A stretch of 64,000 nucleotides of DNA, taken from the NCBI GenBank assembly GCA_963706595.1, contig OY970166.1, positions 2,560,001-2,624,000 of the forward strand, written 5' to 3'. The notes beneath the pieces are model-generated. The model worked only from the letters and a program-made list of their open reading frames with translations, made no database searches and had not been told where the DNA came from. Every line of letters begins with the position of its first letter. Positions within the stretch are counted from its first letter, which is position 1. A program made the position numbers and the translations under genes. This stretch comes from an uncultured cyanobacterium (GTDB lineage: Bacteria; Cyanobacteriota; Cyanobacteriia; Cyanobacteriales; Nostocaceae). This document shows positions 11,543 to 22,036 of the stretch, piece after piece.

Positions 11543-11633
11543 TGCTATTGCCTCTAAACTTTGATTTTAAAATTAATTTCTCCCTTGGCGTTCTTGGCGG
11601 CTTGGCGGTTCGCTCATTTTCATATTCTGTTAC

Positions 11634-13136
11634 TTACTTCACAACAAATTGAGCAACCACAGTTTTTTCCATAGGGGGAATTGTAGCCACCATAGCTGTA
11701 GTCGTGGTTTCACTCCAACGCACTAACCAAGTGGGTTGTATACCCAAAAAGATAATTAGAACTGCCAAAACTATAGCCGGAATTTTTTCCGCCCAGACAA
11801 CCTTGGGGAAGTAAGCTAAATTATTATCCAGCTTGCCAAAACAGGTGCGGTTGAGGAGAATAACGAAATACACTGCTGTTAAGCCGCTAGATGCTACACA
11901 TAAAAGTGTGGGTAAAGGAAAAGCTGAAAAACTACCTTGAAATACAATAAATTCTGCTACAAATCCTGTTAAACCGGGAATTCCCGCACTAGCCATACCA
12001 CTGAGAACCAGTAGGGCGCTAATTAAAGGTAAACCGCGAATAGGACTCATTAAGCCGTTGAGTTTTTCTAATTCACGCGTACCAACTTTGGCTTCTATTA
12101 CCCCGACTAGGTGGAAGAGAATTGCCAGAATTAAACCGTGGCTGAACATTTGAGCCACTGCACCCACCAGTGCTAAAGGTGTGCTAGAGGCGCTGGCTAG
12201 CAATACATAACCCATGTGACCGATAGAACTGTATGCTACCATGCGCTTGATGTCTGTTTGCGCGATCGCAATTACCGCCCCATAAATCGCACTAACAGCC
12301 CCCCAAATTGCTAAAGTTGGTGCAACCACAGTCCAAGCTTGGGGAAACATTCCCATTCCAAAGCGTAACAGTCCATAGGTTCCCAACTTCGCCAACACGC
12401 CACCTAATAAAATCGCAATGGGTGCAGAAGCTTCAACATAAGCATCAGGTAGCCAAGTATGGAAGGGAACGAGAGGAATTTTAATTCCAAAGCCGATAAT
12501 AATTCCTATCAGGAGGATTAATTGCAAACCTGCCGAAATATTTTGGGTAGATACAGCATCGAAGGCAAAACTGTTAGCACCAGTTAGGAATACCATACCT
12601 AAGAAGGTAGCTAAAATGAAAGCACCGGAAACAGCAGTATAAATTAAGAACTTAATGCCAGCATAAGCCCGTTTTTCTCCTCCCCAAATCGAAATTAATA
12701 AGTAGAAGGGGATTAATTCTAGTTCGTAGAATAAGAAGAATAACAACAAGTTTTCTGCTAAAAATGCCCCAGCAACGCCACCACTAATAAATAAAATTAG
12801 GGCGTAAAAAAGTCGTGGACGTTCAGTTTCTTGGTTACTGCTGTAAATCGCAATCCAGGTGAGTAAACTATTGAGTACCAACATCAGAATAGATAACCCA
12901 TCAACCCCTAGTTGATAAGTTAAACCCAAGGTTTCATTCCAAGGGCGATATTCTTCAAATTGCATCCCTGGGGTGCTGATATCGAATTTCAGCAAAATAA
13001 ACAAGTTCCAGCATAAAACTATGCCTGCTACGATTAAAGATACTAAGCGAATGCGACTAGCTGGAACGAGTTTACTAGGTAAAAACCCGATAATTACAGC
13101 GCTGAGAATTGGTATCCAAATCAGAAAACTCAACAT
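11634..13136 (-). CDS. ndhD3: NDH-1 subunit D3
   Basis: NuoM-type motifs (IKIPLVPFHTWLPDAY, KRMVAYSSIGHMG); operon context. Confidence 0.9.
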   Translation of the reverse strand: MLSFLIWIPILSAVIIGFLPSKLVPASRIRLVSLIVAGIVLCWNLFILLKFDISTPGMQFEEYRPWNETLGLTYQLGVDGLSILMLVLNSLLTWIAIYSSNQETERPRLFYALILFISGGVAGAFLAENLLLFFLFYELELIPFYLLISIWGGEKRAYAGIKFLIYTAVSGAFILATFLGMVFLTGANSFAFDAVSTQNISAGLQLILLIGIIIGFGIKIPLVPFHTWLPDAYVEASAPIAILLGGVLAKLGTYGLLRFGMGMFPQAWTVVAPTLAIWGAVSAIYGAVIAIAQTDIKRMVAYSSIGHMGYVLLASASSTPLALVGAVAQMFSHGLILAILFHLVGVIEAKVGTRELEKLNGLMSPIRGLPLISALLVLSGMASAGIPGLTGFVAEFIVFQGSFSAFPLPTLLCVASSGLTAVYFVILLNRTCFGKLDNNLAYFPKVVWAEKIPAIVLAVLIIFLGIQPTWLVRWSETTTTAMVATIPPMEKTVVAQFVVK

Positions 13137-13242
13137 ATTCTAGAATTTACCTATCTATGTATTTATCTGCGTTTATCTGTGTTTATCTGCGTTCAATTAT
13201 TCTTCCATCCACCTCACTTACCAGCATCAAATGAGTCCAGGG

Positions 13243-15102
13243 TTAAAACATCAAATCTAAAAACTGTATTTTCCAGAATGGCCAAGTTATCCAGGCACAT
13301 AAAACGCCTACTCCTAAAAGTACGGTGAAGGCATAAGTTTGGGTTTGTCCAGTGGTACTGTATTTTAAACCTTCGCCACCTAACAGAGAAAATAACCCGA
13401 CTAAATTCACAATGCCATCAACTATAAACCGGTCAACCATATCAGCAAACTTGGAAAGTTGGGCAACGCCGAAAATGATGGTGACGCGATAGAGTTTGGG
13501 TGTGTAAAAATCGTAAGCAAATAAATCTTGTAAAGGTTTCCAAGGGAGGCGAATTGGTTTGGGAATATTGCCTAAATAAATGACAGCACTAATGCTACAA
13601 CCAAAAATACTTGACCAAATGAGTAATAGCACGACATCTTTATTCAAACTTGCCCAATCAGGTAATATTGATAAGCTTTGTAACACTAAAGGCAAATGCA
13701 GCACAAAGCCAAATAAAATCATCATGGGCATGATCATCGGCCAATGAACTTCAGGCGATCGCTCACTCATTTCTTTAGCTTTACCACCGAAAATTAAGCC
13801 AAATTCTCTGGTTAAACTGAAAGCTGTTAAAGCGTTGACTAGAATAATCACTCCCACTAACCAAGGGGAAGTTTCCCAAAGTCCATCAGCTAGTTTTACC
13901 AAAGCCCAAAAGCTACCTAACGGGGGAACAGCAATTAATCCTAATATACCCACCATGAAAGCTAACCCAGAAATCGGGCGACGTGTCCACAAGCCTCCAA
14001 GTTGAGTGACATCTTGGGTGATGCTATTCCAAACAATACCGCCGGTACTCATGACCAATAATGCTGAAGCTAAAGCATGAGTAAGTACTAACAATAGTGC
14101 TGTTTCTTCTTGTTGTGTGCCTACAGCAATAAACACTAAGCCCATGTAAGCACTAACAGAATAAGATAAGCAGCGTTTCATGTCAATTTGAGCGATCGCA
14201 ATTAAGGATGCACCCACAGCCGTAACTACACCAATGGCGATAATAAACGATGAAACCACAGGTGATAAAGTTAATACAGGTTGCAGTTTAATTAATACCC
14301 ACGCACCACTCGCAACTACTACCGAGTTCCGCAAAATTGTACTGGGAACAGGGCCTTCCATCGCTTCATCTAACCACAAATGCAAAGGAAATTGAGCGCA
14401 TTTACCCATTGGTCCGGCAACTAATGCTAAACCTACTAATGTCATCACCGTGGGGTCTACTTCAGTATTACTAGCCCATACTGCTAATTCTGTATAATCC
14501 CAAGTACCTGATAAAGTCCATAAACCCAAGACTCCCATTAGTAAGAATAAGTCGCCTACCCGCTTGGTTAAGAAAGCATCTCTAGCACCAGTGACTACCA
14601 AAGGCTGACTAAACCATAAGCCGACTAATAGATAGGTTCCTAATGTTAGGACTTCCAAAATTACATAGCTGAAAAACAGGTTATTGCACAAACATAAGGC
14701 ACATAATCCTGCTTCAAATAATCCCAATAAAGAATAGAAGCGTCCCCAACCCCAATCCATTTCCATGTAACCCAAGGCGAAAATTTGGGCTAAGAAATTC
14801 AAGCCAGTTACTATCACCATTGCGCCCACACTTACCGCAGAAATTTCTATGGCAATGGTGAGGTTTAAACCTGCTGTAGATAGCCAAGGAATAAATATTT
14901 CTTGGGGTGGTTGATTCCAGGTAAATTGTAAAGCTAAAACACTATGAACTAATGCCAAAAAGGTCATGATTAAATTGACATAACCTGCTGGTCTTGAGCC
15001 TGTTTTGCGAATGATTCCCGGCGACCAGGGAATTGCCAAAAGTCCACCTGTTAAGGCATAGAAAGGAACTAGCCAAACAGTCTCCAGGAGAAACTGAGCC
15101 AT
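13243..15102 (-). CDS. ndhF3: NDH-1 subunit F3
   Basis: NuoL-type motifs (GKCAQFPLHLWLDEAMEGP); likely start MAQFLLETVWLVP at 15102. Confidence 0.9.
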   Translation of the reverse strand: MAQFLLETVWLVPFYALTGGLLAIPWSPGIIRKTGSRPAGYVNLIMTFLALVHSVLALQFTWNQPPQEIFIPWLSTAGLNLTIAIEISAVSVGAMVIVTGLNFLAQIFALGYMEMDWGWGRFYSLLGLFEAGLCALCLCNNLFFSYVILEVLTLGTYLLVGLWFSQPLVVTGARDAFLTKRVGDLFLLMGVLGLWTLSGTWDYTELAVWASNTEVDPTVMTLVGLALVAGPMGKCAQFPLHLWLDEAMEGPVPSTILRNSVVVASGAWVLIKLQPVLTLSPVVSSFIIAIGVVTAVGASLIAIAQIDMKRCLSYSVSAYMGLVFIAVGTQQEETALLLVLTHALASALLVMSTGGIVWNSITQDVTQLGGLWTRRPISGLAFMVGILGLIAVPPLGSFWALVKLADGLWETSPWLVGVIILVNALTAFSLTREFGLIFGGKAKEMSERSPEVHWPMIMPMMILFGFVLHLPLVLQSLSILPDWASLNKDVVLLLIWSSIFGCSISAVIYLGNIPKPIRLPWKPLQDLFAYDFYTPKLYRVTIIFGVAQLSKFADMVDRFIVDGIVNLVGLFSLLGGEGLKYSTTGQTQTYAFTVLLGVGVLCAWITWPFWKIQFLDLMF

Positions 15103-15319
15103 AAAATCAACCTCTGTATTGATAGCAGAAATTAGCCATTCTGGGAGCAAATTTCACCTCGCTCTCAGTCAGCAATTGATTGTAAATAAAGGAAATTTAT
15201 TTTTGCTTAATATTATTTTTATCTTACCGTTATATTTACCAAAAAGGAATTATCTAACAAAATAAATCGATGATGTCTACTGTAATTAATTCTTATATAA
15301 ACATTTTTTGGGTTTAATC

Positions 15320-15335
15320 ATAGATTATACTCTAT
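15320..15335. promoter_or_regulatory. Putative NdhR/CcmR (LysR) box ATAG-N8-CTAT
   Basis: ATAG ATTATACT CTAT upstream of ndhF3. Confidence 0.65.
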
Positions 15336-15390
15336 GGATTAGTCTTGAGTTTAATTAAGACATTCAGTTTCTTGATGTTAACCATAGATT

Positions 15391-15406
15391 ATAGTCTAGG
15401 AACTAT
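15391..15406. promoter_or_regulatory. Second putative NdhR/CcmR box ATAG-N8-CTAT
   Basis: ATAG TCTAGGAA CTAT, with an overlapping near-match at 15384-15399. Confidence 0.6.
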
Positions 15407-15579
15407 GATTGAGTTTAACTGATACAGCAAAATCAGTTAACAGTTATCACACCGATTTAGTTAAGTATTTTTACTCAACTATGTCTCACGCAGAGGCGCA
15501 CCAGGCGCACCAGAGGAATCAAAAGTGTGGTCTAAACACATGAAAACTGCTGTCACTGTTAACTGATAACTGATAACTG

Positions 15580-17313
15580 TTAATAATGGCTACCTGATTT
15601 GCGATGTTCAACGGCAGTCACGCCATCGTGTTCTAATACTTCGCCTTGCTCGACTATGGCATAAATTAAGCATCTATCACCACATTCAAGTAGGTTGGTG
15701 ACGGTACACTCTAGATAAGCTAATGCTTCAGTTAAGACTAAACAACCATTATCAGCAGTTTTTGTCTCCAGATTGGTAAAGGGATTTTCTCCTAATGTGC
15801 TTTGACGGAAAAAATAACGTCGTAAATTTCTACCTTCTTTGAGGATATTCAGCACAAATCTATCCCCAGGTTGACGCATTAAGTCTGCATTCTGTTCTTT
15901 AGCAACAGCAATCATAAGTCCTGGTGGATTAAATGTGGCTTGAGATACCCATGAAGTTAAAATACCTTTATGGCTTTCTAAATCACGGGTTGTGACTACA
16001 CACAAAGAACCAATAATTCTGCCTACTGCTTGTTCGGTACGGTCGATTTTGGCTTCTGGAACGACTTGGCGGGGAGTCCGCAGTTTCTTGGTTTTCTTTA
16101 AAGTTTGGGCAAAAGTCGCACCTGCGTCTTGACATTGTGCGAGAATTTCTTGTGTAGGACTAAAGCGGACCCGAATGGTTTCAAAGCCTAAACGGTAGTT
16201 AGCATCTTTGAGTTTACCTTCAATTAAATCTATGGCTTCGCCACTCCAACCGTAGGAACCAAACACCCCAGCTAACTTTGTTTTCGCCGCCGTTGAGAGG
16301 ACTATACCTAAAGCTGTTTGAATTTGGGTTGGTGCATGACCGCCTAAAGTGGGAGAACCGATAATAAATCCATCACTAGCGTCGATTATGCGGGTAATAT
16401 CTGCGGGGTCTGCGAGTTCGCAGTTGATAGATTCGACATTGACACCATTTTCAATCAAACCTTGAGCGATCGCATGAGCTAAAATTGCTGTACTACCATA
16501 AGCAGAAGTATAAAGCAAAGCGACGCTTAAATCTTGAGATTTTTGTGCTTGACACCATTGACGGTAATCATAGGTAAAACGACTCAGACTATAACGCACT
16601 ACTGGACCATGACCAGGAGCATAACATCTAGCTGGCAAGAGCGCCAATTTATCTAAAGTTGCTTCAACTTGTTTGGCTTGGGGTGCATGGAGACAGTCGA
16701 AGTAATAATGGCGTTCCGCGTCTAATGTTTTCCAGTCTTCATCAAATAAGGTATCTTCGCAAATATGCGCGCCAAAAAATTTGTCTGTGTACAAAATCTT
16801 GGTTGTAGGGTCGTAGGTACAAAGACCATCAGGCCAACGAGGAGTAGGAACTGTGATAAATGTCAAGTGATGTCCTTGTCCTAAATCCAAACTATCCTCA
16901 AAACGCACAGCTTGAATGCGTGATTCCCACTCAGGAAAATCGGTTTTCAAAGCATTCGCAGCCGGACGGGAGCAAATTAAGGTAGCTTGGGGTGCTAGGG
17001 AAAGCAACTTTTCCAGGGTAACTCGACGGTTGGGGTTGACGTGACCGAGAATAATGTAATCAAGAGTAATGAAATCAAGACGTTGTGCTAGTTCTTCTAA
17101 GTAAATAGCTGTGAAAGATTCCCCAGGAGGGTCAATTAAAGCTGTTTTGTCAGCTTGAATCAGATAAGAATTGGCTGTAGTCCCCTTTTGACGGGAATAC
17201 TCAATTTCAAATTTTAGACGATCCCAAGTGCGCGATCGCAACATTAGCGTTTGTTCACCAATATTTGCCACTTGTACATCTCTGGGGCGACTAAATGTAG
17301 CAACAGTCATCAT
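15580..17313 (-). CDS. flv2: Flavodiiron protein Flv2
   Basis: Beta-lactamase-like + flavodoxin + flavin reductase domains; non-canonical metal motif GHVNPNR; third gene of the flv4-0218-flv2 arrangement. Confidence 0.85.
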   Translation of the reverse strand: MMTVATFSRPRDVQVANIGEQTLMLRSRTWDRLKFEIEYSRQKGTTANSYLIQADKTALIDPPGESFTAIYLEELAQRLDFITLDYIILGHVNPNRRVTLEKLLSLAPQATLICSRPAANALKTDFPEWESRIQAVRFEDSLDLGQGHHLTFITVPTPRWPDGLCTYDPTTKILYTDKFFGAHICEDTLFDEDWKTLDAERHYYFDCLHAPQAKQVEATLDKLALLPARCYAPGHGPVVRYSLSRFTYDYRQWCQAQKSQDLSVALLYTSAYGSTAILAHAIAQGLIENGVNVESINCELADPADITRIIDASDGFIIGSPTLGGHAPTQIQTALGIVLSTAAKTKLAGVFGSYGWSGEAIDLIEGKLKDANYRLGFETIRVRFSPTQEILAQCQDAGATFAQTLKKTKKLRTPRQVVPEAKIDRTEQAVGRIIGSLCVVTTRDLESHKGILTSWVSQATFNPPGLMIAVAKEQNADLMRQPGDRFVLNILKEGRNLRRYFFRQSTLGENPFTNLETKTADNGCLVLTEALAYLECTVTNLLECGDRCLIYAIVEQGEVLEHDGVTAVEHRKSGSHY

Positions 17314-17453
17314 ATTCTCCTCTCAGTTGGGTACTAGGAATTAATCAGCTAAAAACATCTAGTTTGCATCTTTAAATTGGATGAAAATCTTGTGGGGAGG
17401 GCAAATATCCCCGCCCATGTCATGCAAGTTAAATGTGGAACAGCTTACTCTCT

Positions 17454-17951
17454 TCAGTATTCTTCTTTATGGCGCTTTCGATAGTGTTGGGATATTTTTT
17501 GTTCTGGGTCAATACCATCAAATGTAGGGGGTAGCCAAACTCGCAGAATTAACAGGATTCCTAACACTAATAAAAAGGCACAAGTTGCTAAAACTTGACT
17601 CCAATTGGTTTCTAGTACGCCTTTAACAATCACTTCTCTTAATGCGGAAACAATGGAGACTTCCACAGCTACGCCAATAGATATGCGTTGTTCTTGGAGG
17701 TAAATTATTAGCAGCCGAAACAACTCAACTAAAATGAGCAAAAACAAGATATCGGCAGTAACTACATGGAAATCTAAAGGAGGAAGCAGGGAAAGAAACA
17801 TATCCCAGACTTCAATAGCCATGAAGCTAAATAAACCAATACATAAGGAAATCACAATCACATCTTGGATAAATTCTAAGGTGCGGACGATGCGACCCCG
17901 ATTAATTTCGTAACCAGAAACTTTGCCATTCTCTGAAACAGGTTTGTACAT
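17454..17951 (-). CDS. Sll0218-like small membrane protein (PsiE-like)
   Basis: About 4 TM helices, ILVELFRLL and SALREVI motifs; lies between two flavodiiron genes. Confidence 0.8.
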   Translation of the reverse strand: MYKPVSENGKVSGYEINRGRIVRTLEFIQDVIVISLCIGLFSFMAIEVWDMFLSLLPPLDFHVVTADILFLLILVELFRLLIIYLQEQRISIGVAVEVSIVSALREVIVKGVLETNWSQVLATCAFLLVLGILLILRVWLPPTFDGIDPEQKISQHYRKRHKEEY

Positions 17952-18084
17952 ATAGCCGTCCTATTTGATTTATGAATTTATCTAACCGCCAAGTCGCCAA
18001 GGTCGCCAAGTGAAGAAGTTCAGAAATAATTTAGGACTGCTATATCATTGGGGATTGGGAATGGGGTTTCAATCTAAAATTGAT

Positions 18085-19836
18085 TTAATAATGATTGCCG
18101 ATTTTGCGATGATGAACGGTTGTCAGGGCGTTGACATCGGCAACTCGACCGATTTTGACATTGCTGTAAATCACCCAATGGTCGCCACAATCCATGCGGC
18201 TGGTGATTTCACATTCCATATAGGCTAAAGCGTCTGCGAGGATGGGGGAATTATTAATTGCTGGATAAGTTTTTACTCCTTCAAAACGGTCTGCACCAGG
18301 AGCAAAACGCTTGAGAAAATGTTTCGTTAATCCTTGATAATTATCTTCTCCGAGGACATTTAAAACGAAGTGATCGCCTCGTCGCATTAAGGATTCAATT
18401 GCGCGTTCTTTAGACACTGCAATGGCTACTCCTAAAGGATTTAAACTGGCTTGGATCACCCAAGAAGCCAACATTGCACTTTGAAGTTCACCTTTTTTGG
18501 TGGTGATAATATATAATCCAGTGCTAATTCTTCCTAAAGCTTTTTCTAACTCGGTGTTGATGGATTTAGTTTTTTTGATAGTGCGATCGCCTCCGGCGCG
18601 GCTTTGCCGATCGCGGGTCAACCATTGACCCATATCTGTACCTGCTTCTTCACACAATTGTTCTGTGCTTTCTGTCGGAGTTTCTTTAATTAAAATGGGG
18701 GGAAATGCTTCAATTAATCCTAACTCTTGAAACTTATTCCGTAAGGGATAAACAGGTTCATCTTCTCCGCCACCAGACTCTAACAAACCTATTGTCTGCT
18801 TCTGATGTACAGCCGCTAAGATAGTATTTAAAGCAGCTTGAGCCGTAACTGAATATTGAGATGGCATGGCAATCATTATACCGGAAGCTTGAGATACTAA
18901 TTCTCTAACTTCTTGTGGTTCAGCACTATTGATGTCTATAAATTCTACAGCCACACCTGTTTTGGTACATCCATTCCCTAGACTATAGGCTAAATGTTCG
19001 CTATAGCCGTAATCTTCAGCATAAAACAAAGCAACTAATATCTCTGTTTTAGCTTGCTCTAAACTCCAGGTTAAATACTTGTTTAACCATTGGGGAATAT
19101 GATATTGTAATAAAGGACCGTGACCTGTAGCAACTGTCTTGATTTCTAAGTTAGCAATACGTTTTAAAGCTGCTAAAACAGACCGCGCATTCGGTCCCAT
19201 GAGACAATCGTAGTAATATTTAAAATCATCTTCGATGATGGAGAAATTTTCATCATAAGTATGGTCATCACAATAGTGCATTCCGAACACATCGCAGGTG
19301 TAGAGAATACCTGTTTGGTGATCATAAGTTAAAATTGTATCCGGCCAGTGTAAGTTAGGTGCAGATATAAATTCTAAGTTGTGACCATTACCTAAGTCTA
19401 AACGCTCTCCACTCTTTACCAGCAGCGATTTAAATGGCTGATGAACCATATTTTCTAGAAACTGAATGGCTACCTTAGAACCAACAACGGTAATCTCAGG
19501 AGCTAACTGTAAAATATTCTTAACTAAACCACTATGGTCTGGTTCCGTGTGGCTAATAATCAAATAATCTATCTTATTTGGATCAATTAAACCTGTAACT
19601 ATCTCAAGATATAGTTCCTCAAATTTGCGATGTGAGGTGTCAACTAAAGCAGTTTTTTCACCTGCAATTAAAAATGAGTTATATGTGGTTCCGTTTCGTA
19701 AAACAAATTCCACATCAAAACGTTCCCGATCCCAATCGAGACAACGAATAGCAGTAGTTTGATCAGCAATTTCTACCGTTTGAACTGTCAAACGTCCGAC
19801 ATTAATAGCTTGAGTCTTATCTGTCAGGATGACCAT
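18085..19836 (-). CDS. flv4: Flavodiiron protein Flv4
   Basis: Canonical SHTEPDH and HWPD diiron ligands; first gene of the operon; carries an 8-aa insert at a HIP1 site. Confidence 0.85.
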   Translation of the reverse strand: MVILTDKTQAINVGRLTVQTVEIADQTTAIRCLDWDRERFDVEFVLRNGTTYNSFLIAGEKTALVDTSHRKFEELYLEIVTGLIDPNKIDYLIISHTEPDHSGLVKNILQLAPEITVVGSKVAIQFLENMVHQPFKSLLVKSGERLDLGNGHNLEFISAPNLHWPDTILTYDHQTGILYTCDVFGMHYCDDHTYDENFSIIEDDFKYYYDCLMGPNARSVLAALKRIANLEIKTVATGHGPLLQYHIPQWLNKYLTWSLEQAKTEILVALFYAEDYGYSEHLAYSLGNGCTKTGVAVEFIDINSAEPQEVRELVSQASGIMIAMPSQYSVTAQAALNTILAAVHQKQTIGLLESGGGEDEPVYPLRNKFQELGLIEAFPPILIKETPTESTEQLCEEAGTDMGQWLTRDRQSRAGGDRTIKKTKSINTELEKALGRISTGLYIITTKKGELQSAMLASWVIQASLNPLGVAIAVSKERAIESLMRRGDHFVLNVLGEDNYQGLTKHFLKRFAPGADRFEGVKTYPAINNSPILADALAYMECEITSRMDCGDHWVIYSNVKIGRVADVNALTTVHHRKIGNHY

Positions 19837-20048
19837 TGATTTTCACCTACAAAAATCTAGAAACTTCAATATTCTTTTATATTGAACTAGAAACTCCAAT
19901 TAGTAAAATGCCAATTTCTCAAGTTACTCATTAGTAATATTTATGGTTTATTCACATTAAAGCAGCATTGAGTTTCATCAATACTAATCATTAGTTTGAT
20001 GCTGGATTATAAATTTAGGCGTTGCTCAAACAAAGTATGAATTTAAAT

Positions 20049-20077
20049 GTAGAGACGTTCCATGGAACGTCTCTACA
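20049..20077. repeat. GTAG-type REP-like palindrome
   Basis: GTAGAGACGTTCCATGGAACGTCTCTAC perfect palindrome; related GTAGAGACGGCGATTTATCGCGTCTC near 25763-25788. Confidence 0.75.
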
Positions 20078-20236
20078 GGGGTTTAGTCTGTGTCCTCTGC
20101 GCCTCTGCGGTTAAATCAATCAGTTTTGAGACACAGCCTAGCCCTGGCGATTAGAATATTGCTAACGCAACGCCAAGGGCGAACGCGGCTATACAAAGGT
20201 CGTCTCGCCTGCGCGGACTAACGACAAATCAAGGGT

Positions 20237-20316
20237 TTTAACCCGCGTAGGTGGTCACTGAGCTTGTCGAAGTGCGGGTTTAGTCTGTGTAGCTGTGACT
20301 TCCAGTCGCCTGGTGC
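20237..20316 (-). repeat. About 80-nt dispersed element with a nested 23-nt insert; overlaps the pdxA stop
   Basis: Reverse complement matches 39542-39621 with few mismatches. Confidence 0.8.
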
Positions 20317-21392
20317 TTACTACCAACCCTCAGCCTTTGACAAACTAACTCAGCCGCCAACTCTATAGCTGCTTTCATACTGGTAGCATCAGCAATTCCC
20401 TGACCGGCAATATCAAATGCTGTACCATGATCTGGAGAAGTCCGCACAAAGGGTAAACCAATGGAAGTATTCACGGCACGGTCAAAAGCCATCAATTTCA
20501 CTGGAATTAAGCCTTGGTCGTGATACAGTGCCAAATACGCATCGGCGGGATTTTGAATAGAAGCATTACCATACCAAGCAAGACCAGGTTTAACCCACAT
20601 TGTATCTGGTGGTATTGGTCCATCTAGCTGAAAATTGGGGCGTTTTTGCCGTTCTTGTTCTAACCAGGGAATTAACCAATCTTGTTCTTCTGTTCCCAGT
20701 TGTCCCTGTTCGCCACTGTGGGGATTTAACCCTGCGATCGCAATTCTCCCATCTTCTATGCCAAAGTCTGCTGCTAAACATTCCACCAACAAATCTAATT
20801 TTCTCGTTAACAACTCCGGTGTTAATGTAGCGGCTACTTGACAAAGAGGAATATGTGTGGTTGCAAGTAAAGTCCGGAGTGTCCAACCAGTATAAGGCGA
20901 TCGCGCTACAAATAACATCCCGAAGCGGTCAACACCGGATTTTTCAGCTAAAAGTTCCGTTTGTCCTGGATAATTGTAACCTGCCAACTTCCAAGCAGAT
21001 TTAGCAATGGGGCCTGTGACAATACCATCAAACTTACCGGATAGCGTGCAGGCGATCGCAGATTCCATATAGGCAAAACTCGCCGCACCACTAGCAGCAT
21101 TACCATTACCTATAATAATATTGTTGGCAACTTCACTATCTAATGGCACATCCATAATTTTTAACTCCTCTGGATTTGCTAAATCTGTGGCATTCAGCCT
21201 TTCATAAACCTGAATCAGCAAATCCCTACTACCTACCACAGTCACGTCGCAGTTTTGACAAATGGCTGAATCTGCCAAAGCCTTTAAAATGACTTCAGAG
21301 CCAATTCCCCCCGGATCTCCAAGGGTCAGCGCCAAACGTGGGCGATTGACTTTTGATAAATTTACTGTTTTATCTTGATTGCTTTGATACAT
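20280..21392 (-). CDS. pdxA: 4-hydroxythreonine-4-phosphate dehydrogenase
   Basis: [39 protein letters not shown]; likely ATG at 21392. Confidence 0.95.
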   Translation of the reverse strand: MYQSNQDKTVNLSKVNRPRLALTLGDPGGIGSEVILKALADSAICQNCDVTVVGSRDLLIQVYERLNATDLANPEELKIMDVPLDSEVANNIIIGNGNAASGAASFAYMESAIACTLSGKFDGIVTGPIAKSAWKLAGYNYPGQTELLAEKSGVDRFGMLFVARSPYTGWTLRTLLATTHIPLCQVAATLTPELLTRKLDLLVECLAADFGIEDGRIAIAGLNPHSGEQGQLGTEEQDWLIPWLEQERQKRPNFQLDGPIPPDTMWVKPGLAWYGNASIQNPADAYLALYHDQGLIPVKLMAFDRAVNTSIGLPFVRTSPDHGTAFDIAGQGIADATSMKAAIELAAELVCQRLRVGSKHQATGSHSYTD

Positions 21393-21708
21393 AATATTAC
21401 TTAACAATCTGGTAATTAAACGACTGCCATCAGCCAAAATTAGAGATTGATCATCAAACTGGTTTAGAATTATTTACACAGGTCTAATTAAACAGTAGCC
21501 TTTGTAGAGCTTTTGGTAGAGCTAGTTTACCTAAAACTAAATCAGGCAATTGGTAGACATAAAATTAAAATGCTTACACTTCTGGGTTTAAGCAAGAAAA
21601 AAATGTGAGCATTTGTGATCATTTTTGAAACAGTCCCAAAACAGGAAATCTCAGGGAAAACCTGAAGATTGACTGCTCATCAACCATTCGTAAAGGAGTA
21701 TCACACCA

Positions 21709-21813
21709 ATGGGCGGCGAAATTCTCAATGCAGCGCTATTGTCTTTCGGCTTAATCTTCGTGGGTTGGGCTTTAGGTGCTTTGTTACTGAAAATTCAGGG
21801 CGCAGAGGAATAA
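21709..21813 (+). CDS. petM: Cytochrome b6f subunit PetM (34 aa, not in the ORF track)
   Basis: Translated by hand: [43 protein letters not shown] upstream. Confidence 0.92.
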   Translation: MGGEILNAALLSFGLIFVGWALGALLLKIQGAEE

Positions 21814-21826
21814 TCCTCATAGAAGA

Positions 21827-21946
21827 GGCAGGGGAGCAGGGAGCAGGGAGCAGGGGGGAGTGAGAAATCCGGGTTTAAACTTCCGGTTACTTAACAAACG
21901 TTCCTCTTCTTCCCCACTCCCCACTCCCCACTCCCCCCTCCCCCCT
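21827..21946. repeat. STRR-type heptamer repeats (GGGAGCA and CCCCACT) forming an imperfect inverted pair
   Basis: G-rich heptamers at about 21827-21860 and C-rich heptamers at about 21912-21946. Confidence 0.75.
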
Positions 21947-22036
21947 CATGTTTATTAAAATAACGTAAACTTTTGTTTAGAGAGCTAATTCTGTTAAGAT
22001 TCATTTCATAAAAGTTAAAAATTTAAAACTACCCTC

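Noticed and set aside
21669..21863. 64-aa ORF
   Set aside because: Wrong frame over petM and runs into STRR repeats
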